Position numbers and translations under genes: made by a program
Notes under the pieces: model-generated
Database searches by the model: none
The model's input: the letters and a program-made list of their open reading frames with translations, nothing else
What the model was told of the DNA's origin: nothing
Shown here: in pieces, positions 1-8,678 of the stretch
Layout: each line of letters opens with the position of its first letter
How positions within the stretch are numbered: position 1 is the first letter of the stretch
Assembly: GCA_945861955.1 (NCBI GenBank)
Contig: CAMAWJ010000003.1
Location: forward strand, 1-41,455
Length of the DNA: 41,455 bases
Source of the DNA: Bifidobacterium breve
GTDB lineage: Bacteria > Actinomycetota > Thermoleophilia > Gaiellales > F1-60-MAGs149
Reading direction: 5' to 3'

Positions 1-681
1 GGGCTGTGGCCGGGCCTGACGGCGCTCGGACTGGTCGTGTCCTGCGCGCGCCTGCGCGGTGTGTCAGGACCGCAAGAGGCCGCCCGGCGCGCCCTGAAGA
101 CCGTCGACCTACTCGACGTCTCTGACCGCGACGTCAAGGGCTTTTCGCAAGGCATGCGTCAGCGCGTCAAGATCGCTCAGGCGCTCGTGCACGATCCGCA
201 GGTGCTGATCCTCGACGAGCCCCTCAACGGACTCGACCCCCAGCAACGCGAGACCACCATCGCCTTGCTACGCGACCTCGGCAACCAGGGTATCGCGACG
301 CTGTTTTCGAGCCACGTGCTGAGCGAGGTTGAGCGTGTCGCCGATCGCGTGCTCGTGCTCGTCAATGGCCGACTCGTCGCTGAAGGATCGCCGCAGGGTC
401 TTCGTGAGTTGATGGACGAACGCCCACGGCGCATCCAAGTCGTCACCACGAATGCCCGTGCCATGGCCGCTGGTCTGGCCGGATTGCCTGGGGTCGTGAG
501 CGTCGAGCTCACCGACGACGGCGTCTTGATTGAGACGCGCGACGCGACAGCGCTTGCCAGGACACTCCCCGAGTTGGCCGTCGCGACGAACGCCCAATTG
601 CGTTCGGTCGAACCAACCGACGAAAACTTGGAGAGCGTCTATGGCTACCTGACCGAGCGAGCTCGCGGGGCGCGTCGATGA
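1..681 (+). CDS. ABC transporter ATP-binding subunit (5' end outside window)
   Basis: Frame is open from base 1 (GLWPGLTAL...). Signature FSQGMRQR, Walker B LILDEP, H-loop SSH. Walker A is absent, so the gene is truncated by the window edge. Confidence 0.9.
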   Translation, partial: GLWPGLTALGLVVSCARLRGVSGPQEAARRALKTVDLLDVSDRDVKGFSQGMRQRVKIAQALVHDPQVLILDEPLNGLDPQQRETTIALLRDLGNQGIATLFSSHVLSEVERVADRVLVLVNGRLVAEGSPQGLRELMDERPRRIQVVTTNARAMAAGLAGLPGVVSVELTDDGVLIETRDATALARTLPELAVATNAQLRSVEPTDENLESVYGYLTERARGARR

Positions 682-1391
682 CCGTCACGCGTCTCACTGT
701 TCGCGCGCTGCTGTTGCGTCGCCGCTCGCTGGCGTTGCTCCTGCCGGTGTCCTCAGTCCTCTTCTTCGTGGGGCTGTCCATTGTTCGCGGCGATGTCGTT
801 CCTGACATTCAGGCAATCATCGTCGGACGCCTGCTCGTGACGACCGTGGCGCCACTCGTGGCACTCGTCTTGGCCGTCACGGCGATCGGTGACGAGCGCG
901 AATCGGGCACGATCGTCTACCTCGCCACCGCCCGCATCTCGCGACTGCGGATTGCTGCAGAGAAGACGCTGGCTGCAGCCATCTGCACAGCGATCTTGCT
1001 GTCTCCTGCGCTGATCGCGATCGTCATTCTTGGCAACCATCTCGGCGTTGGCACCGACAACATCCTGCGTGGCCTCGCCGGCACGCTCCTCATAGCAACG
1101 GTCTATGTCGCTGTCTTTGTAACGGTCGGGCTGCTCTTGCGACGCGCACTCGTGGCGGGCATTCTCTACATCCTCGTCTGGGAGGGCGCGATCGCCACGA
1201 TCGCTCCCTCGGCCGAGCGGTTCAGCATGACTGCGTGGGGGCGGGCAATCACCGACAGTGGGATCTACGGATTGACACCAGACCTCGTACCCACACTTGG
1301 CGCGACCACAGGCGTGATCGCTTTGGTGGTCGCCACCGGACTTGCCGTCGTCTTGGCCGGTTGGCGCCTCGGGCGGATGGACCTACCTTAA
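678..1391 (+). CDS. ABC-2 type transporter permease
   Basis: About 6 hydrophobic segments; DERESGTIVYL motif typical of ABC-2 permeases; ATGA overlap with the ATPase. Confidence 0.85.
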   Translation: MTVTRLTVRALLLRRRSLALLLPVSSVLFFVGLSIVRGDVVPDIQAIIVGRLLVTTVAPLVALVLAVTAIGDERESGTIVYLATARISRLRIAAEKTLAAAICTAILLSPALIAIVILGNHLGVGTDNILRGLAGTLLIATVYVAVFVTVGLLLRRALVAGILYILVWEGAIATIAPSAERFSMTAWGRAITDSGIYGLTPDLVPTLGATTGVIALVVATGLAVVLAGWRLGRMDLP

Positions 1392-1402
1392 GACCTCTCC
1401 AA

Positions 1403-1422
1403 ACCTGAGAAAACTCTCAGGT
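1403..1422. promoter_or_regulatory. 8-4-8 inverted repeat ACCTGAGA-AAAC-TCTCAGGT, possible regulator site upstream of the Dyp gene
   Basis: Perfect inverted repeat in the intergenic region; function not known. Confidence 0.3.
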
Positions 1423-1537
1423 AACGCGCGTCAGATTTCAGCACACGCCGGGTCAGCACCAACGACCCACCACGCGGCAACAGAGCGATTTTGTTGTCGA
1501 CATCGTGCTCGACAAACAATCTGACCCTGGAGCCATC

Positions 1538-2989
1538 ATGAAGACACCTTCGCTCACCCGCCGCGGCATCCTCGCCGTCGCGGCCTCCACCGGCGCAGCA
1601 GTGCTACTCGCACAGCCCACTGGACTCGTCGATACAGCACGAGGCTCCGCCAACTCGAACTGCGACCCACACGCCAGCATTACGCCCTACGGCATCAATC
1701 AGGCCGGGATCACCACGAACGCCCCAGAGCACCTCCAACTGGCTGGCTTCGACCTCGTTGCCGGCACCACACGCGAGCAGCTGATTGCGCTACTGCAGAC
1801 GTGGCAGGAGGCAATGGGGCTGCTGACGAAGGGACTGCCAATGCCAGATGCGGGCGCGCCGGATGTGGCTCCCGCCGACACGGGTGAGGCACTCAGCCAG
1901 AGCGCCGACCGCTTGACCATCACCATTGGCTTCGGACCGTCGCTCTTTGACAGCCGGTTTGGGTTTACGAGTCTGCGTCCCACCGCGCTCGTCGACCTCC
2001 CAGCCTTCACGGGCGACGCCCTCGACCCTACGGCCTCTGCTGGCGACCTCTGCCTGCAATGCTGCGCCGAGACCCGGCTCGTAGCCGAGCATGCACTGCG
2101 CACGCTGGCACGTCTGGCCACCGGTCGCGCCACGTTGCGCTGGACACAATCGGGCTTCAATGAACTCCCCACCAATCCAGCAGACGGTGCCGGTCGTAAC
2201 CTGATGGGGTTCAAGGATGGCACTGCCAACCTCAACCCCAAGGATCCCGCCCGCATGGCCCGCAACGTCTGGGTCGATCCGAGCGACGGGGCAGCCTGGC
2301 TCGCAGGCGGCACGTATCTGGTCTACCGCCGCGTGGTTGCAAAGCTCCGCGAGTGGGACGAGAGCGTGCTGTCCGAGCAGGAGGACGTCTTTGGGCGCCG
2401 CCGGGCCACAGGAGCACCATTTGGCGGCACGCGCGAGAACGATCCTGTGCGCAGCGAGCTGATGCCCGTCACGGCCCACATCCGACTGGCTAACCCTCGA
2501 ACGGGGCAGGACAGCGAAGATGAGCGCATCTTCCGTCGTGGCTACTCGTTCCACGACGGTCTCGACGCAACCGGCGAGTACAACGCCGGCTTGGTGTTCA
2601 TCTCCTTCCAGCGCGATGTCCGCAGGCAGTTCATCCCACTTCAGACGCGCCTGGCGGCAAGCGATGCCCTCAACGAGTACATCACACACTCGGCGTCGGC
2701 GATCTTCGTGATCCCACCCGGCACGACAGCGGCGGGCTACATCGGCGAGACACTGCTGGGTGCAGCGCCACCACGCACCACGACCCCAAACCCGGCCGCC
2801 GACCTGCGGACACCGACAGTCCCCAGCGCTCCTGCTGCGCCTGCCGCTCCTGCTGCTCCTGCTGCTCCTGCCGCTCCAGCGAAACCGGCGGCACCAGCGG
2901 CTCCAGGCGCAACGCCGAAAGCGCCAACGCGGGCACCTCGCCCCAAAGCGACCAAAGCCAAGCCGAAGCGCAAGCGTAAGAAGGCGTAG
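1538..2989 (+). CDS. Tat-exported Dyp-type peroxidase (EfeB/DypA-like) with Pro/Ala-rich, Lys-rich C-terminal tail
   Basis: ATG at 1538 after GGAG; twin-arginine signal LTRRGIL; GFKDGTAN (GxxDG); proximal His in AHIRLANPR; IFRRGYSF. Confidence 0.9.
   Translation: MKTPSLTRRGILAVAASTGAAVLLAQPTGLVDTARGSANSNCDPHASITPYGINQAGITTNAPEHLQLAGFDLVAGTTREQLIALLQTWQEAMGLLTKGLPMPDAGAPDVAPADTGEALSQSADRLTITIGFGPSLFDSRFGFTSLRPTALVDLPAFTGDALDPTASAGDLCLQCCAETRLVAEHALRTLARLATGRATLRWTQSGFNELPTNPADGAGRNLMGFKDGTANLNPKDPARMARNVWVDPSDGAAWLAGGTYLVYRRVVAKLREWDESVLSEQEDVFGRRRATGAPFGGTRENDPVRSELMPVTAHIRLANPRTGQDSEDERIFRRGYSFHDGLDATGEYNAGLVFISFQRDVRRQFIPLQTRLAASDALNEYITHSASAIFVIPPGTTAAGYIGETLLGAAPPRTTTPNPAADLRTPTVPSAPAAPAAPAAPAAPAAPAKPAAPAAPGATPKAPTRAPRPKATKAKPKRKRKKA
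2828..2908 (+). repeat. Degenerate 9-bp tandem repeat encoding (APA)n linker
   Basis: gctcctgct/gcgcctgcc/gctccagcg-like units in frame within the Dyp tail. Confidence 0.8.
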
Positions 2990-2992
2990 TAA

Positions 2993-3031
2993 CCAATGTC
3001 CAGATGGGGCCTGGCCCCTTCTGGACATTGG
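2993..3031. repeat. 39-bp near-perfect palindrome (REP-like or bidirectional terminator) between the convergent Dyp gene and tRNA
   Basis: CCAATGTCCAGA-t-GGGGCC-t-GGCCCC-t-TCTGGACATTGG. Confidence 0.7.
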
Positions 3032-3044
3032 CCGACGAATGCGA

Positions 3045-3117
3045 TGGAGCCAAGGGGGATCGAACCCCTGACCTTCTGGCTGCCAGCCAGACGCTCTCCC
3101 AGCTGAGCTATGGCCCC
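3045..3117 (-). tRNA. tRNA-Ala(GGC), CCA not encoded
   Basis: Minus strand reads GGGGCCATAGCTCAGCTGGGAGAGCG-TCTGG-CTGGCAG-CCAGA-AGGTCAGGGGTTCGATCCCCCT-TGGCTCCA. G3:U70 pair and discriminator A; followed by TCG rather than CCA. Confidence 0.97.
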
Positions 3118-3128
3118 GTCAGCAGCGC

Positions 3129-3137
3129 ACGATAGCA
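3129..3137 (-). promoter_or_regulatory. Putative extended -10 (TGcTATCGT) for tRNA-Ala
   Basis: TGn-TANNNT box 11 nt upstream of the mature tRNA 5' end. Confidence 0.45.
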
Positions 3138-3192
3138 AGCCGGCTAGGAACGCCTTGACAGACCGTGCCGCTGCAACTCGCGTCGCGTGGCG

Positions 3193-3615
3193 CTAGCCCT
3201 CAGCGACGAGCGTATGTGGGACTTGGCCCCACAACTCGTCAAGGCGATACAACTCGCGCGACTCGGGCACGAAGACATGAACGACGATGTCGAGAAAGTC
3301 GATCAACACCCACGTGCCTTCCTTCATGCCCTCTGTGCGCAACGGGATCAGGCCATGCTCGCGCTTCATACGCAGCCCAACCTCTTCGGCGATGGCCTGA
3401 ACCTGGCGGGTGTTACTCCCAGTCATGACGACGAACCAGTCGGTGTACGCGACGACGCCGCGCATATCGAGCAGAACGATGTCCGTCGCGAGCTTGTCCG
3501 CACCAATAGAGGCAGCCTGCTCAGCGAGAACGGTGGTATCGCTCAGTGGTTCAGTCCCTTGCTCCAAGCACAAGCGGAACGTACCACGGCTGGCCGACGG
3601 ATCATCCGGCACCAC
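3193..3615 (-). CDS. rsfS: Ribosome silencing factor RsfS (true start probably near 3567 or 3546)
   Basis: DKLATDIVLLD...TDWFVV...RQVQAIAEEV...EG...WVLIDFLDIVVHVF..ESRELYRLDELWG; downstream of nadD. Confidence 0.92.
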   Translation of the reverse strand: MVPDDPSASRGTFRLCLEQGTEPLSDTTVLAEQAASIGADKLATDIVLLDMRGVVAYTDWFVVMTGSNTRQVQAIAEEVGLRMKREHGLIPLRTEGMKEGTWVLIDFLDIVVHVFVPESRELYRLDELWGQVPHTLVAEG

Positions 3616-4201
3616 CCGATTGATACAGACCCTCAGCGGCGATCAGCGCCGCCACGGACGGCGAAACGAGCCCGTCAATCGACTCGCCCGCGGTAATACG
3701 GCGCCGAATCTCGGAGCTGGCGATGTCCAGCTCGGGCATCGCGATCAGCGTTGCCGAACCGGCGGCAATCTCGACCCCTAGACGGGGCGCCACCGCAATC
3801 GTGGCAAGGCCCCGAAGGCGCTCTGGGTCGTGCCAGTCGTCGAGTGTCGCGTACTGATCTGCGCCCAACAGCAGGACCAGTTCCGCATCGCCGGCGGCGC
3901 GGGCCAACTGTTCCAGCGTGTCGGCCATGTACGACGGACCCGCACGTTCGACCTCGACGCTCGAGGCCAGCAAGACGGGCTCGTCGGCGGCAGCGGCCTG
4001 GGCGAGGCGCAGACGCATGCCTGCAGTGACGGCAGACGGCTCTCGATGAGCCGGAACGCCTGTCGGCACGAGCAAGACACACTCGAGGTCGAGCTGCTCG
4101 GCCGCCACTCGCGCCAAGGCGGCGTGCCCGAGGTGTGGCGGATTGCAGAGCGAGCCAAGCACGCCGATACGACTCGAGCTAGACACGGTACGGAACCTCA
4201 C
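3602..4201 (-). CDS. nadD: Nicotinate-nucleotide adenylyltransferase
   Basis: GSLCNPPHLGH (HxGH), PAHR, LLGAD, IASSEIR, GLY C-terminus; conserved synteny with rsfS. Confidence 0.92.
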   Translation of the reverse strand: MRFRTVSSSSRIGVLGSLCNPPHLGHAALARVAAEQLDLECVLLVPTGVPAHREPSAVTAGMRLRLAQAAAADEPVLLASSVEVERAGPSYMADTLEQLARAAGDAELVLLLGADQYATLDDWHDPERLRGLATIAVAPRLGVEIAAGSATLIAMPELDIASSEIRRRITAGESIDGLVSPSVAALIAAEGLYQSGGAG

Positions 4202-5507
4202 GATCGCCGATCTTGACGATGATGCCGTTTTTGCCGCCAGCGCGCACGAGCAGCGGCGTCAGCCGGCGCGTCTCAACGTAGTGCGCCACAGCCTGGGTCG
4301 CGGCCTCATCGTCCATCCGCTTGAGGTCCTCTTCGATCGTGGCTCCAATGATGCGCACGCCGGTCTCGTCGCGCAGGACACGCACGTTGGCGCTGCCAGA
4401 GCGACCGGGACGGTAGACGAGGTACTGAGCCAACTCGGCCTCGGCGGCAGGTGTGATCTCGGGCTCGGGCACCACACGTCCAAGCGTGCTCATCAGCTCG
4501 GGCACGCCCTCGCCTGTCACGCACGAGACCGGCACGATCGATGGCTTGCCTGTTGCTTCGTCGCGCAGCACGTTGCGCAGCGCGGAAATGTCGCCGAGCG
4601 CATCGAGTGCCTCCGCGAGCTCGTTGACGAGCACGTCGCGATCCGCTTCGCCGCTGAGGTCGATGCGGTTGAGCACCACGAGACGTGGGCGCGTCGAGAG
4701 GTCTTCCTGATACAGCTCGAGCTCGCGGTGGATGGCTACGAACGCCTCGATCGACTCCTCGACAGGCAGCCCTGCATCCACGACGTGCAGGAGCAGCTTG
4801 GCGCGCTCGAGGTGGGCGAGGAAGTCGAGCCCAAGGCCGTGACCCTCGGCGGCCCCTTCGAGCAGCCCAGGCACGTCCATCACGGTGATCTGACGATCGA
4901 CTGCGAGATCGACAATGCCGAGCACTGGCTCGATCGTCGTAAACGGGTAATCGGCAACCTTCGGCTTGGCATTCGAGATGCGACGCAGGAGCGACGACTT
5001 ACCGATGTTCGGAAAGCCAAGCAGCGCGGCATCGGCCAGTAGCTTGAGCTGCAGGACGAGCGTGTAGTCATCGCCGAGGCCACCGAACTCTGCCGTCCGC
5101 GGTGCTTGGCGGACCGAGGTTCGAAAGCGTCGGTTGCCCGATCCGCCATGGCCGCCATGAGCGATCGTCGCGGAGGCACCCGGCGCAGCGAGATCGACAA
5201 TCACGACCTCATCGTCGTCCAAAACCTGGGTACCGACGGGAACCGGAATAATCGTGTCCAACCCCATCGAGCCCGTGCGGTTGGAACCCTCCCCGCTATG
5301 GCCGTCCTCGGCCTTGAGGTGCGGATTGTTGCGGACGTTGGTGAGGTCACGGAGCGACGGATCGGCAACGAGAATGACGCTGCCACCATCGCCGCCATCG
5401 CCACCCGACGGACCGCCGCGCGGCACAAATTTCTCACGTCGAAACGCGACAGCCCCATCGCCGCCTCGGCCCGCCGCGGCGTAGATCGTCGCCCGGTCGG
5501 AGAACAC
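4179..5507 (-). CDS. obgE: GTPase ObgE/CgtA
   Basis: FRREKFVPRGGPSGGDGG Obg fold; GFPNIGKS, ADYPFTT, DVPG. Confidence 0.97.
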   Translation of the reverse strand: MFSDRATIYAAAGRGGDGAVAFRREKFVPRGGPSGGDGGDGGSVILVADPSLRDLTNVRNNPHLKAEDGHSGEGSNRTGSMGLDTIIPVPVGTQVLDDDEVVIVDLAAPGASATIAHGGHGGSGNRRFRTSVRQAPRTAEFGGLGDDYTLVLQLKLLADAALLGFPNIGKSSLLRRISNAKPKVADYPFTTIEPVLGIVDLAVDRQITVMDVPGLLEGAAEGHGLGLDFLAHLERAKLLLHVVDAGLPVEESIEAFVAIHRELELYQEDLSTRPRLVVLNRIDLSGEADRDVLVNELAEALDALGDISALRNVLRDEATGKPSIVPVSCVTGEGVPELMSTLGRVVPEPEITPAAEAELAQYLVYRPGRSGSANVRVLRDETGVRIIGATIEEDLKRMDDEAATQAVAHYVETRRLTPLLVRAGGKNGIIVKIGDREVPYRV

Positions 5508-5524
5508 GGGCTACGCCCTGCCGA

Positions 5525-5782
5525 CTACCCCTCGGCCGGTGCGACCGAGATGATGCGCTTGCCGCGACGCTGACCAAAGTCCACGACACCATCGCACGTA
5601 GCGAAGATCGTGTGGTCGACGCCGATGCCCGTGCCTGCGCCCGGGTTGAAGCGGGTGCCACGCTGACGAACGATGATGCCGCCTGCGCGGATAGCCTGAC
5701 CTGCGAAGACCTTGACGCCAAGTCGCTGGGAATTAGAGTCGCGGCCGTTCTTCGAGGAGCCGAGTCCTTTTTTATGCGCCAT
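5525..5782 (-). CDS. rpmA: 50S ribosomal protein L27
   Basis: [24 protein letters not shown]...IIVRQRGT. Confidence 0.98.
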   Translation of the reverse strand: MAHKKGLGSSKNGRDSNSQRLGVKVFAGQAIRAGGIIVRQRGTRFNPGAGTGIGVDHTIFATCDGVVDFGQRRGKRIISVAPAEG

Positions 5783-6107
5783 CTTCAGTTCCCTTCTTGC
5801 CGAAGGCGATCGTCTCCACCTCAACGACGGTCTGCTTCGAGCGGTAGCCCATCCGACGGGCACTGCTCTTCTTCGAGCGATACGTGCGGATATTGATCTT
5901 CGGGCCGAGCTTGTGCTCCTTGACGCGCACGGAGACGGTCACAGGCTTGAGCTCGGATTCCGTCGCAAGCGTCTGCTTGCCATCCGATGCGAGAACCACA
6001 GGCGGCTTGAGGGTTGCACCCTCGTCAAGCGCCACGCGATCCACAACAATCCGCTCACCCTTGGTGACGCGGTATTGCTTTCCTCCGAGGGCGATTACAG
6101 CAAACAT
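5772..6107 (-). CDS. rplU: 50S ribosomal protein L21
   Basis: [14 protein letters not shown]...GYRSKQT; directly upstream of rpmA. Confidence 0.96.
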   Translation of the reverse strand: MFAVIALGGKQYRVTKGERIVVDRVALDEGATLKPPVVLASDGKQTLATESELKPVTVSVRVKEHKLGPKINIRTYRSKKSSARRMGYRSKQTVVEVETIAFGKKGTEDGA

Positions 6108-6203
6108 CGATGCGAGACTTTCGTACGGGTCGCCACCGGCGACAACGGGCGGGAACATAACAGAGAAGCGAAGCACAAGGCTCCGCCTCTCTGCCCTTTA
6201 CGG

Positions 6204-8678
6204 TCAGTCTTTGCCAAGGATACGGCCCAAAAGACCGCGCTTTGGCTTGGGTGCAGCAGCCGGCTTGGCTGCTGCTGGTGCCTCTGTTTTGGCTGCTGAA
6301 GTGGCTTCAGTGGTCCTGGGACGCGAATTCTGACCACGCGACTCCTGCGCGCCACCTTCGCCGTTGCCACTGGCAGTGCCTGCACCACTCCCGCTGCGCG
6401 AGCGACCGCGACCACCGCGGCTGCGACGTCGCTTCGGTCGTGCGGGGCCATCGCCATCGGCACCCTCAGCTGCGCCCTCCCGAGCGGGCTGAGCAGCACG
6501 TAGGGCTGGCTCATCGCCATCCACAGCCGGCGCGTCGCTTGGTGCATGCGCTGCAGCGGATCCACCGGTGGAACGACCGCGACCACCACGACGACCACGA
6601 CGACGACGCTTCTTGGGAGCACCGCCTTCTGCGGTCGCCTCCTCTCCGTCTTCATCCTCGTCGTCCTCATCGTCTTCGTCGTGCTCGTCGTCACCATCGA
6701 CCGACGAGTCGGACGTAGCCGTAGTCCGGCTGCGACGCCGCTTTGGCGTGGCCTCCAACTCTTCGCCCTCAACGACGACGACTTCGGGCTCTTCCGGCAG
6801 ATCAAGCGGCTCCGTCTCTTCGCCGACGGATGCCGTCATGTCGCCGGTTGGCGTATCGATCGTCGCCGATGGCGTACGACTGCGCTTGCCTTTGCGCTTC
6901 TTGCCCTCAAGGTCGATCCGCTCGCCCACGAGGCGCGGCGGCTCATGCACGTCGCTGCGAGGATCGACCATCTTGATCATCTCTTCCTCGGTGATTGGCT
7001 TCGCGTCGAGCAGCACGGCGTGCGCCTCGAGTCGACCAATCCGTTCGATCTTGATGCGCTGCTTCTCGCCGAGGTACGGGCCGGCTCCGGCAACAACCAC
7101 GCGATAGCCACCCTCGAGTACGGCAACCGCATCGGCTGCCTGGTACATGTGAGGCTCGGAGAGGGAAACCTCGAGCTCCTGTCCCGCCTCGACGGGAATC
7201 GCGTCTTCCAGCACCTCGGAGACGGTGCCTTCCTTCAGGAATGAGCAGCGCTCGCGCGGCACGCCATCGGTGGCAACGATCGAGAAGTGCTTGCCTGTCG
7301 CCATCTCCAGCTCTTCGAGGCGCGTGCCGCCGGGACCAATCATGCGTGCAGCCACGGAGGGATCAACCTCGATTAGGAAGGCCTCAGAGGCCGACTGCAC
7401 CGCGTGGCGGCGCATTTGGCGCAGATTGTCGAGGGCAAGCGTCTCGTCGCTGAGGACGCGGCCCTCGCCCGCACAGGTGGCGCACTCGCTCGTCATGATC
7501 TCGCGCACGCCGTCGGTCACATTCTGGCGTGTCATCTCGACGAGGCCCAACGGGCTGATCGAGACGAGGTAGACCTTCGAGCGATCCTTGGCAAGCTCTT
7601 CCTTGAGTGCCGTGATGACCGCGTCGCGATTCGTCTTCGACTCCATGTCGACGAAGTCGATCACGATGATGCCGCCGAGATCGCGCAGCCGCAGCTGACG
7701 AACGACCTCGCGAGCCGCCTCGAGGTTGTTGTGCACGATCGTGTCTTCGAGCCGTCCCTTGCCGACAAAGCGGCCGGTGTTGACGTCGACGATCGTGAAG
7801 GCCTCTGCGTAATCGAACAAGAGGTAGCCGCCCGAGGGAAGATCGACGCGACGCTTGAGCGTGCTCTCGATCGCCTCGTCGACGCCGTAGCGCCGCAGCA
7901 ACTCGGTCTGGGCCGTGTGGCGATGGACGCGCGTGACGAGCTCGGGGCTACGCTCCTGCACGTACGACACGATGCGTTCGTAGGTCGCCTCGTCGTCGAC
8001 GATCAACTCATCGACGTCCTGCCGAAAATCGTCACGCACGAGGCTCAACGCAATATCGACTTCGGTGTGAATGGCCGACGGCGCCACAGCGGTCTTGCAG
8101 CGCTCGATCACACCCTCCCATTGATCTTCGAGCAAGACGAGGTCACGCTCCAACTCGACGAGTTCTGCACCACGCGCAGCCGTGCGCACGATCAGACCGC
8201 CACCAAGACGCGGTGTCAGCTGCTTGACGAGCTCGCGCAGACGATCGCGCTCACCGTCGGGAAGGCGCTTCGAAACACCACCACCCTCGCCGTCTGGCAC
8301 GTAGACCAGGAACCGGCCTGCCAACGACACGTCCATCGTGACGCGGGCACCTTTTGTTTTCATCGGGTCCTTCGTAACCTGCACAAGCAGCGACTGGCCG
8401 CCCTTGACGAGGTCTTGGATCCGCTTGGAGCGGCGCGCACGTTGGTCGAGTCCGTCGATGCGGATCTCGGCGACGTGCAGGAACGCGTTCTTGTCTATGC
8501 CAGCATCGACGAAAGCCGCCTCCATGCCGGGCAACACGGTGTCGACCTTGGCAAGGTAGATGTTGCCGAGCAAGGATCGGCGCTCATCGCGCTCGATGTA
8601 CGTCTCGACGACGCGGTCGTCTTCAATCAGGGCTGCCTTTGTCTCATACGCATCGGCAGATATCAGGATTTTCTTCAT
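6204..8678 (-). CDS. rne: Ribonuclease E/G family endoribonuclease with TRAM-like domain and acidic/Arg-rich tail
   Basis: GNIYLAKV..VLPGMEAAFVD (S1 domain), DVNTG, RQLRLRDLGGIIVIDFVDM, Zn-link CATCAG. Confidence 0.93.
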   Translation of the reverse strand: MKKILISADAYETKAALIEDDRVVETYIERDERRSLLGNIYLAKVDTVLPGMEAAFVDAGIDKNAFLHVAEIRIDGLDQRARRSKRIQDLVKGGQSLLVQVTKDPMKTKGARVTMDVSLAGRFLVYVPDGEGGGVSKRLPDGERDRLRELVKQLTPRLGGGLIVRTAARGAELVELERDLVLLEDQWEGVIERCKTAVAPSAIHTEVDIALSLVRDDFRQDVDELIVDDEATYERIVSYVQERSPELVTRVHRHTAQTELLRRYGVDEAIESTLKRRVDLPSGGYLLFDYAEAFTIVDVNTGRFVGKGRLEDTIVHNNLEAAREVVRQLRLRDLGGIIVIDFVDMESKTNRDAVITALKEELAKDRSKVYLVSISPLGLVEMTRQNVTDGVREIMTSECATCAGEGRVLSDETLALDNLRQMRRHAVQSASEAFLIEVDPSVAARMIGPGGTRLEELEMATGKHFSIVATDGVPRERCSFLKEGTVSEVLEDAIPVEAGQELEVSLSEPHMYQAADAVAVLEGGYRVVVAGAGPYLGEKQRIKIERIGRLEAHAVLLDAKPITEEEMIKMVDPRSDVHEPPRLVGERIDLEGKKRKGKRSRTPSATIDTPTGDMTASVGEETEPLDLPEEPEVVVVEGEELEATPKRRRSRTTATSDSSVDGDDEHDEDDEDDEDEDGEEATAEGGAPKKRRRRGRRGGRGRSTGGSAAAHAPSDAPAVDGDEPALRAAQPAREGAAEGADGDGPARPKRRRSRGGRGRSRSGSGAGTASGNGEGGAQESRGQNSRPRTTEATSAAKTEAPAAAKPAAAPKPKRGLLGRILGKD

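Noticed and set aside
1-3117. Genomic island integrated at tRNA-Ala
   Set aside because: No integrase, no duplicated tRNA 3' end in the window and no obvious compositional shift.
6108-6203. Ribosomal protein L21 leader RNA
   Set aside because: Only a small GTCGCC/GGCGAC hairpin is visible, not enough to call a known ncRNA.
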